From a bacterium (lineage in GTDB: Archaea; Micrarchaeota; Micrarchaeia; Micrarchaeales; CABMGC01), in NCBI GenBank assembly GCA_021829835.1, contig JAKBPE010000002.1, positions 21,498 to 85,497 of the forward strand: a stretch of 64,000 nt of DNA, read 5' to 3'. Below, piece after piece: positions 55,901 to 62,192 of the stretch; position 1 is the stretch's first letter; every line of letters starts with the position of its first letter. The translations under genes and the position numbers were made by a program. Below the pieces are notes generated by a model. The model saw nothing but the letters and a program-made list of their open reading frames with translations, made no database searches and was not told the DNA's origin.

Positions 55901-56102
55901 AATGCACCTCAGAAAGAACGAAAAGATAATCATAAGGATGAAGATCTCTGAGGAATTAATGGAGGTCATAAAGAAAAATATGAAGAGAGTAATGTCCGAT
56001 GTGAATGCTTCGGAGATTAAAAACTCGGAAGACCTTCCAAGCATGAAAGAGACAGAAATCGAAGGAGAAAGAGTATATCTTGCAATAACAAAAGACGAAT
56101 AA
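52971..56102 (+). CDS. ileS: Isoleucine--tRNA ligase
   Basis: About 1040 aa. Class I core with KMSKS (GRKMSKSFGN), a CP1 editing domain (WTTTPWTLPAN) and zinc-binding CxxC pairs. The HIGH region reads LHPAQ. A TTG at 52965 is an alternative start. Confidence 0.95.
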   Translation: MLEISKNEEKIIEYWKTIQILEKAREKNRGGKPFYFLDGPPFVSGDLHPAQIWTKSIKDASIRYRRYRGYDVIDRAGYDVHGLPVENKLEKELGIQSKKEIEQKIGLEKFINSCREYVERYIGRMDADYERFGISLDFKNPYLPYKNEYIETAWQMFKKASENGFLYTGKRTLIYCPHCETPLSQGSMEVEYKETEDPSAYVAFKINMDKSKPGIELPKDSYLLIWTTTPWTLPANVAIAVNPEKQYLLINSEGRNLIIAKERLDDFSAATGKSTTILMEFQGIMLKNTYYTSPLAEKVPAQKKLEKYHKVIFSESLVSMGEGTGLVHIAPGNGVEDFSLGKINKLPIFSPINPDATYSDEAGEYKGIKVPTDGNKAVIRDLELSGDLIGKKFIRHSYPYCWRCSSKLIFLATDQWFINIKKMKKKMIKQNEKVNWHPSEVKEWQRAVLENSPDWCISRQRYWGAPMPIWKCQKCGTNTIIGSLEELKQKAENPSEFEMLKDLHRPYIDKIKLKCDCGGVSERIKDIFDVWFDSGITFRASMSEEQFEKVFPADLIVEYIEQIRAWFQYLMKCGLMTYGRIPFENVIVHGIMSGTDGRKMSKSFGNYRPLGEITKIFGADAFRLWSINHPPILNRNLNENEIRESQKTVIMLYNISSLLEEYQAALGHVPKPGKKPSIRNMDQIDRWMLSRTETLIKECTKYLDEFETYKAADLMNRFIVEDFSRFYLKSAKKRMNGYSKQKAKTVVETVSYVLHSILIPVSVIMPFLSEYIYLERYKEKESIFLENWPAYSKKLIDEGLESEMAIAQEVVTAMLNAREKIGIRLRQPLANGTIEVADDKVAESLKRFSYIIEDYVNLRKVSIKIGNSSNNEIQPQFKSIGPDFKENAGIIAEALKSANAEEIIKAVKASGSYEIKTSRGSFAINERHFTIVKKLPAEDAIAFSHGIVYLDPTIDEELKNEAAIRNFERKIQTERKSMHLRKNEKIIIRMKISEELMEVIKKNMKRVMSDVNASEIKNSEDLPSMKETEIEGERVYLAITKDE

Positions 56103-56160
56103 CAAAGCAAGAAAGAATCTTAATCTTATAAAAAGTTCCGATGACCTATGGCCATATTGT

Positions 56161-56367
56161 TCAGCTTACAGTTCTGTTCTTAAAGATGATATAACTCTTA
56201 TATCTTCCACGCTTCTTCGTACTTGACCAGCAATCCTTGCATATATATGTGCGTTCAGTAGTGCTTACCTTCTTCTGACTCTTAAGGCATTCATAGCCTA
56301 TCTTCCTGTTACAATAATTGCATGTCACACTCTTGACTATGTCTTTTTTGCATCTCTCGCATATCAT
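56161..56367 (-). CDS. Small zinc-ribbon protein
   Basis: 68 aa with CERC, CNYC and CKDC cysteine pairs and a basic tail. Confidence 0.5.
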   Translation of the reverse strand: MICERCKKDIVKSVTCNYCNRKIGYECLKSQKKVSTTERTYICKDCWSSTKKRGRYKSYIIFKNRTVS

Positions 56368-56537
56368 AATATCTACTGCTTAAATAGCAAAACAATTTAT
56401 CACTAAAGTAATATAAACCATGCGCAAAGGTTAGATACCATGCTAACATGTATTTTGATTGGAATTTAAGCCAAAAATCTCATAATTATATCTAAAAATA
56501 ATTGCCAATCTCCAATTCAGAAACAATATTCCCAGTA

Positions 56538-57011
56538 TTAATCTTGTCTTCTTCCTCTAAGATCGCTGAGAAAACGTCTCATTATGGCACTCTGAATTTC
56601 AGGATCTTCATACTTCATGTAAGTCTCTAAAAATACCTTAGGAATGGGTACTTTTGTATTATTTATCGCAGCAACGATGACTTCCTTATTCTTTTCATGC
56701 TCTATCAAAAAGAGAAATCCTTCCTCGCTCATCTTCGAATGAGAGACTATGACCTTAGCTATCTCTGGACTTCTGTTTTCCTTGAGTATCTTCAAGACGA
56801 TATCGGAAGGAGTATCTGGATTCAGGGCAAGAGCAAGTCTCATCTCAGGGATTTCTGAGTTTTCCCTAATATCTTTAATATTCTTAGTGGTAGCTATTCT
56901 TTCAAGATCTGCAATAAACACAGATCCGGCTTTAGGATATACTCTTTTTATAATTTCGAGTACTTCTGACCTGCGCGTTTCATTTTTATCTGCTGCAGTT
57001 CTCACAATCAT
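56538..57011 (-). CDS. Hypothetical alpha-helical repeat (HEAT/LRV-like) protein
   Basis: 157 aa. Helical repeats such as LALNPDTPSDIVLKILKENRSPEIAKVIVSH. It starts 9 nt after the end of the upstream gene. Confidence 0.5.
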   Translation of the reverse strand: MIVRTAADKNETRRSEVLEIIKRVYPKAGSVFIADLERIATTKNIKDIRENSEIPEMRLALALNPDTPSDIVLKILKENRSPEIAKVIVSHSKMSEEGFLFLIEHEKNKEVIVAAINNTKVPIPKVFLETYMKYEDPEIQSAIMRRFLSDLRGRRQD

Positions 57012-57020
57012 TTTATCAAC

Positions 57021-58172
57021 CTATCTAAATCCTTCCGAAGAATTCCCTGTCGGATGGGCTATGTAGAATCCTGTTATTACTATCTCTTTTTCCGTGTTTC
57101 TGTCAGCTATTATGTATTCTGCACGCAGATTTATATAATTCGGACCTGCGTGATAAGCATCATAACTTCTTCCTTTATATATTATCTGCTTGACAGAAAG
57201 CTGGCCTCTCGCAGGAGATCTTCCTACCCTTCTTAATAATAGCTCTGTTTTTAAGTATGGAAGGGATTCACACAATTGATTAAATTCGCTTTTTAAAGAA
57301 GATGCATGTTTTTTGTAGTAATTGGCGAACTGTTTTTTTGCATCTTCAGAAAAAACCAGTGTATACTCCATATATCGTTCTGGGACACCATCTGAAAGTT
57401 CATTGAATTTTTTAATTATCCTATTCATCTCCGCTTCAGGTGTGCGCAGAGATTTTATCTCTTCAAATCGCTCTTTCTCAAGTTCCAGGAATAGTGTGGA
57501 AAATTGACCTCCAATCGAATCGGTTATCCTCTTCGCAAGCTTCCAATTTGTAAGATCATCCCTTAGGAGTATTGCTATCTTTGCCAGAATATCGAATCGA
57601 TCTATGTTTGCTGCTTTCTCCACATCTTCGATAGGAGTCTTGAAGGCCCAAATTATCTCAGATGCTGTTTTATCTGCCTGCCTATCACTATAACTAAAAT
57701 CTCTTACTCCGACTAAGGTTTTTTTAATGGCTTCTTTTTCTACCCTGTTTCTGGAAATTCCTTTCTTCAAGGCCAAAAGCCAATCCCTGTATAATACTAT
57801 TTTTGGTTCATTTTCAGATTCTCTTTTATCATTGATATTATTTTTATTACTCTCAGCCTCAATCGCTCCGGAAAGTATCTCTTCCTTATGGTAGACCATA
57901 TCCGCTATGGCTTTAACTATCTTATCATTCAGCATCCTATTTTCAATTAATCCGGGAGATATCAATACTGTTTTTATCCATCTTGCTGGTTCTACTGCCA
58001 AATTTCCCCTATAAGCAGGTAGCATCCTGAGAACTTCGGCAATTTGGCTTTCCGGAAGTGCTACATGTTCATTTGCAAATAATGTTAAAATTTCAGTAAC
58101 AACTCTTCTCTCAGCTAAACTTAACGTATTCTTGTTATTCTTCTCTATTCCTGGATGTTTTATCTTTTCCAT
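57021..58172 (-). CDS. Hypothetical protein with a RelE/ParE-like C-terminal domain
   Basis: 383 aa. The last roughly 115 aa (YTLVFSEDAKKQFANYYKK...LPYLK...GQLSVKQIIYKGRSYDAY...RAEYIIADRNTEKEIVITGFYIAH) follow the RelE/ParE toxin-fold sequence pattern. The N-terminal roughly 270 aa are unassigned. Confidence 0.5.
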   Translation of the reverse strand: MEKIKHPGIEKNNKNTLSLAERRVVTEILTLFANEHVALPESQIAEVLRMLPAYRGNLAVEPARWIKTVLISPGLIENRMLNDKIVKAIADMVYHKEEILSGAIEAESNKNNINDKRESENEPKIVLYRDWLLALKKGISRNRVEKEAIKKTLVGVRDFSYSDRQADKTASEIIWAFKTPIEDVEKAANIDRFDILAKIAILLRDDLTNWKLAKRITDSIGGQFSTLFLELEKERFEEIKSLRTPEAEMNRIIKKFNELSDGVPERYMEYTLVFSEDAKKQFANYYKKHASSLKSEFNQLCESLPYLKTELLLRRVGRSPARGQLSVKQIIYKGRSYDAYHAGPNYINLRAEYIIADRNTEKEIVITGFYIAHPTGNSSEGFR

Positions 58173-58233
58173 CTTCTACACTGCGTTTGCTTGAAATTGC
58201 AATCATACTTTAATACATGCATTTGCTGTATTA

Positions 58234-58461
58234 TTAGGAAGTTGACAAATTAAATAACTTAGTGTTTCATAACATTCTGAGGGTTTTTCTTCTCTTTTTA
58301 ACGTCTGAAATAATGGGTGTGATGGCCCTGTTCAGACATAAGAGGCCTGGAAAAGGTCTCAATCCATGTCTTTTCCTGCCTTCTTGCCTATGCAATAAGG
58401 TACGTGATGTGAAGGGTTTTGATCTTGACGAGGTGTTAGAATGTAAATGTCAAGTTCCTAA
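58234..58461. repeat. MITE-like or relic element bounded by IS110-end-like inverted repeats
   Basis: TTAGGAAGTTGACA (58234-58247) and TGTCAAGTTCCTAA (58448-58461) are inverted copies with one mismatch. Both match the outer part of the IS terminal repeat at 38486-38499. ATTATTAGGAAGTTGACA (58230-58247) is identical to 38482-38499. Confidence 0.4.
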
Positions 58462-58538
58462 CTCAATGCAGCTATACGAACAAATAAATACTTAATCCTA
58501 CTTAATTTATCTGTAAAGTCATATCCTCTGGTGGACCA

Positions 58539-58961
58539 ATGGCAAATGTATATGAAGTGGAGAGCGACAAGCTCGTAAAAAAGGCTGCAGAAAAACTTAA
58601 GGAAGAGAACATACCAAAACCTGCCTATATTGATTACGTTAAGAGCGGAGCAGGAAGGGACAGGCCTTCTTCAGATGAGAACTTCTGGTATATGCGATGC
58701 GCTTCAATACTCAGGCAGACCTATATTAAAGGACCCATAGGCATTGCAAAGCTTAGAGTAAGATATGGAAACAGAAAAAGACATATGGTAACGCACCCAC
58801 ATCACAAACGTGCAGGAGGCAGCATAATAAAGGATGCGTTTGATACCCTTGAAAAGGCAGGCTATGTTGAGAAGACTAAGGGAGGAAGGATAGTTACAGG
58901 AAAGGGAAAGTCATTTCTGGACAAGATAGCAGGAGAACTGCTTAAAGGCAAAGGTGCATAG
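58539..58961 (+). CDS. rps19e: 30S ribosomal protein S19e (eS19)
   Basis: PAYIDYVKSGAGRDRPS...WYMRCASILR pattern; 140 aa. Confidence 0.9.
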   Translation: MANVYEVESDKLVKKAAEKLKEENIPKPAYIDYVKSGAGRDRPSSDENFWYMRCASILRQTYIKGPIGIAKLRVRYGNRKRHMVTHPHHKRAGGSIIKDAFDTLEKAGYVEKTKGGRIVTGKGKSFLDKIAGELLKGKGA

Positions 58962-58964
58962 AGA

Positions 58965-59273
58965 GTGCAGGCCGATATGAACGAGAACGAACAGACAAAT
59001 ATGAAAAAGCGCATTGCTGCAAGGATGCGCGCGATGCAGATAGAGCAGCAGAAACGCGAGATAGCCAAAAAATACATGACACCGGAAGCATATGAGCGCA
59101 TGATGAATGTACGTATATCGAATCAGGAGCTTTATATGCAGATTATAGATCTGATAATTTCAATGGTTCAGAGTGGAAGGATAAATTCAAAGATTAATGA
59201 AGCGCAGCTAAAAGACATACTGGCAAGAGTTACATACAAAGAGGAACCTACTATAACATTTCAACACAAATAA
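58965..59273 (+). CDS. PDCD5/TFAR19-like dsDNA-binding protein
   Basis: AARMRAMQIEQQKREIAKKYMTPEAYERMMNVR...LKDILARV. It occupies the conserved position between rps19e and rpl39e. Confidence 0.8.
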   Translation: MQADMNENEQTNMKKRIAARMRAMQIEQQKREIAKKYMTPEAYERMMNVRISNQELYMQIIDLIISMVQSGRINSKINEAQLKDILARVTYKEEPTITFQHK

Positions 59274-59283
59274 GGTTTTACGA

Positions 59284-59442
59284 ATGGGAAAAAAGAGCAG
59301 TGAAAAAAAGAGAAGGCTTGGGAATAAACTCAAGCAGAACAGAAGAATTCCTGTGCTTGCGATGCTTAGGACTCACAGAAGAATACAATCCAACAGGTTC
59401 CAGAGAAGCTGGAGAAATAAGAAACTAAGGATAAAGGCATGA
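59284..59442 (+). CDS. rpl39e: 50S ribosomal protein L39e (eL39)
   Basis: 52-codon ORF that is absent from the track. It was translated by hand as MGKKSSEKKRRLGNKLKQNRRIPVLAMLRTHRRIQSNRFQRSWRNKKLRIKA. Confidence 0.85.
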   Translation: MGKKSSEKKRRLGNKLKQNRRIPVLAMLRTHRRIQSNRFQRSWRNKKLRIKA

Positions 59443-59446
59443 TTTC

Positions 59447-59926
59447 TTGGCAACAAACACACCCACTACTACAAAGACAGTAAAGGAGATGAACATAAGC
59501 AGGAAGATGTTTCGCACACATATGCCACGTAGGATACACAATTCCATGAGGATATTTAAGGAAGAGGTAGCAAAGCATCACAAAACAACTCCTGAGTCTG
59601 TAAGGATAGGCAGTGAGCTGAATCGCTATCTGATGATGGGAGCAATTAATGGCTTCTACGGAATAAAAGTAGAGATAGAAAAGACAGGAGAAACTGTAAA
59701 GGTAGACCTTGCAGAGAAGAAGGCAAAGATAAAGGTTACCGATAACCAGAAGAAGGCTGGCTCTGAAAAAAATGATAAAAAGAATCCAGAAAAACAACCA
59801 GGCAATACTAACTCTGCTTCATCAGAAAAGAGCCTAAAGCCCAAGCCAGCGGAACAGAAGAAGCAGGTAAAGGCAGACTCTGCGGCCAGAACTGGTGAGG
59901 TTCACTCTTCAGATGGGAAGAGCTGA
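59447..59926 (+). CDS. rpl31e: 50S ribosomal protein L31e (eL31) with a Lys-rich C-terminal extension
   Basis: EMNISRKMFRTHMPRR...MRIFKEEVAKHH...VRIGSELNRYLM pattern. The TTG start is 5 nt after the rpl39e stop. Confidence 0.85.
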   Translation: MATNTPTTTKTVKEMNISRKMFRTHMPRRIHNSMRIFKEEVAKHHKTTPESVRIGSELNRYLMMGAINGFYGIKVEIEKTGETVKVDLAEKKAKIKVTDNQKKAGSEKNDKKNPEKQPGNTNSASSEKSLKPKPAEQKKQVKADSAARTGEVHSSDGKS

Positions 59927-59937
59927 AAGGTCTGCTC

Positions 59938-60606
59938 ATGCCTGTAGCAAAAACAAGTCTCTATGGAAATGATTTCATAGGCGCATTCTCAATATCTAAC
60001 GAAGAGATAACCCTGATTGGAGGAAATCCCAGAGGAAGCGGGGAGAAGATAATATCAGATGCTCTTAAAACCCGCGTAGTAGAATCACTTCTCAACGGAT
60101 CCGATCTGATAGGGATATACGCTGTGATGAACTCAAGAGCGCTTATTCTTCCGGAAATGGCATATGCGAGCGAGGTTAATCGGCTTAAAGATCTTCTGCC
60201 TGAGCTTGAAGTAGAGGTATTGGAGACAAGCCTGAATGCCCTCAGAAACAATATTCTTGCGAATGACAAAATAGCAATAATAAATCCTGCATACAGCAGA
60301 GAAACTTCTGATAAGATAGGCAATATCCTAGGTGTAGAGATAATGCAGATGAAGATAGGCGGTTTTGGCACAGTAGGCGCAAATAACATACTTACCAACA
60401 AAGGCATGGTAATGAACAACAGGGTTTCAGAAGAAGAGGAAGACATTCTAAAAGGGATTTTTGGAAATATCTCACAGTCTACTGCCAATACCGGATCACT
60501 AAGCATAGGCCTCTCCACAATAGCAAACTCCAAAGGTATTGTAGCTGGCTCATCAACAACCGGCTACGAGCTTGCTAATATAGCAGAAGGCCTTGGTCTG
60601 GAATGA
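59938..60606 (+). CDS. eif6: Translation initiation factor 6 (aIF6)
   Basis: Pentein repeats, e.g. LYGNDFIGAFSISNE, GSDLIGIYAVMNS, LNALRNNILANDK, GFGTVGANNILTNKG and TGSLSIGLSTIANSKG. Confidence 0.9.
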   Translation: MPVAKTSLYGNDFIGAFSISNEEITLIGGNPRGSGEKIISDALKTRVVESLLNGSDLIGIYAVMNSRALILPEMAYASEVNRLKDLLPELEVEVLETSLNALRNNILANDKIAIINPAYSRETSDKIGNILGVEIMQMKIGGFGTVGANNILTNKGMVMNNRVSEEEEDILKGIFGNISQSTANTGSLSIGLSTIANSKGIVAGSSTTGYELANIAEGLGLE

Positions 60607-60859
60607 GTAAAATATTATTCTGAACTAAGACAGAGGTCATTCCGTCGAATAATCTGCATCTTGAAGCTACTACTCTATTTGAAGGTTTGTGCACTAAATC
60701 TTTGTATTTTGTACCATTATTTTATTTAGGTAATAAGAACATAGGCTGCAATTCGAAACCCACTAAATCTTCCTCGAAATGAAACAGGTCCCGCTTCCAG
60801 AGATCTGTTGAGAGATGTAGGTTATTAAGGCGTACTAAAGGAATAAGTAGGAAAAAGTT

Positions 60860-61171
60860 TTGCATTCTAGGACAATATCATTTGACCTTGAAAGCAAAAA
60901 TGTACTTGGATTTACGGTCCGAGATCAAGAATATCGCAGGAAGCCTAGCGATAGACGTCCTGTTCTTACCGGAACAATGATTCTAGAAAGGGAAGTGTTA
61001 GCTTATACTGATAGAGACGTAAGCATAGACTTTGCCGGGTTAGTTCAGCCTTTAGTTGATGCTAGCAAGCTAAGGATTTATATAAGTTAAACGCAAGCAT
61101 TATTCGATGTTGGAACTCCAGAGGAATTTCAGGAGGAAGAAGCATATTTCAAGATGCTAAGGCGTGGGTAA
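60860..61171 (+). pseudogene. C-terminal remnant of a sugar-phosphate nucleotidyltransferase with an in-frame TAA
   Basis: GTMILEREVLAYTDRDVSIDFAGLVQPLVDASKLRIYIS-(TAA)-TQALFDVGTPEEFQEEEAYFK reads through in one frame. DVGTPE..F is the typical C-terminal motif of NTP-transferases. No N-terminal catalytic domain lies upstream. Confidence 0.4.
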
Positions 61172-61175
61172 TTTA

Positions 61176-61688
61176 ATGGAAAGAATATTGTTTGAAGGCG
61201 GCCCAGTAAAAATAGAAGCCGAGGAAGTTGAGATAAACGGAAATAAAAGGGAATTTGTCAGAGTTGTTCAACCTGATTTTGTAGTAATTCTTGCAATATC
61301 TGATGGCAATGTTTTCTTGGAGAAGATGTACCGGCGTGGAATCAAGAAAGATAGCTATGAACTCCCTGCAGGATTTATTGAGAAAGGAGAGAAACCAGAG
61401 GATGCAGCAAAACGAGAGTTTGAGGAGGAAACGGGGTTCAGACCGTCTAGAGTCACGTTAATGTTCAAAGCATACCAAGCGCCTGCAAGAATATCAAGCC
61501 TTATCTATTTCTACTTGGCTGAGGGGCTAATAAAAGGAGAGAAGCGTCTTGACGAAGGAGAACAGTTGAGCAAGATGAATGCGTTCACAGTAAGACTTGA
61601 TAAATTTGAATCAATGGTTAAAGACAACATAATAGAGGATCAAATGAGCCTTGCTGCGTACTTGTATTATAAGAAATATACGAAGTAG
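61176..61688 (+). CDS. Nudix hydrolase (ADP-ribose pyrophosphatase-like)
   Basis: Nudix box LPAGFIEKGEKPEDAAKREFEEETGF. The ATG at 61176 is preferred over the GTG at 61164. Confidence 0.85.
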   Translation: MERILFEGGPVKIEAEEVEINGNKREFVRVVQPDFVVILAISDGNVFLEKMYRRGIKKDSYELPAGFIEKGEKPEDAAKREFEEETGFRPSRVTLMFKAYQAPARISSLIYFYLAEGLIKGEKRLDEGEQLSKMNAFTVRLDKFESMVKDNIIEDQMSLAAYLYYKKYTK

Positions 61689-61945
61689 CTATTCTCAGGT
61701 TACGACTCTCCAACGGGGTCTCTGAACCAACCTTGATTTTTCGTCGGAGAATAAATATAACGCATTGTTCATAAGTTATGTATCGCTGAAAGCACTTTTA
61801 TTGTTTTCTCTATGGCTCTGCAGAAAATCTTTTGAGCATCGACCTTTTAGGCGTTGTTTGCTTTGCGGAATTTGTCTGCAAAAATACTTTTATCTGTGTA
61901 AAACTATACAGAACTTTATGCAAATGAGCTGAACTAAATATTATT

Positions 61946-62051
61946 TCCCGTTGGAGAGAGTTGAACTCCCAACCTATCGGTATCTTCCTTGGAAGCTTGT
62001 GTCCAAGATTTCAGGCTACAGCCGATCGCTCTGCCATTGAGCTACAACGGG
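61946..62051 (-). tRNA. tRNA-Tyr (anticodon GUA) with a roughly 34-nt intron at the canonical 37/38 position
   Basis: Manual fold of the reverse complement. Acceptor CCCGTTG/CAACGGG, D-arm TAGCTCAATGGCAGAGC, and anticodon stem ATCGG/CCGAT with loop CTGTAG interrupted by the intron. T-arm GGGAG-TTCAACT-CTCTC. Confidence 0.85.
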
Positions 62052-62192
62052 TTTAAAACTGATTTATAGCTTTACTTATTTATATCTTGGGTTTACTTTC
62101 CTGACTCATATTTCTTCTTCTGTTTCATGCAAAGTTTTAATCTATTTTTATATTTATCAGTTTTATAAGATTCTAAGGAAGGAACGTGGGAA

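Noticed and set aside
58262-58495. 77-aa ORF in the spacer upstream of rps19e.
   Set aside because: It lies almost entirely inside the IS-end-like repeat unit, is Cys- and Leu-rich with no motif, and has no ribosome-binding context. It is more likely noncoding.
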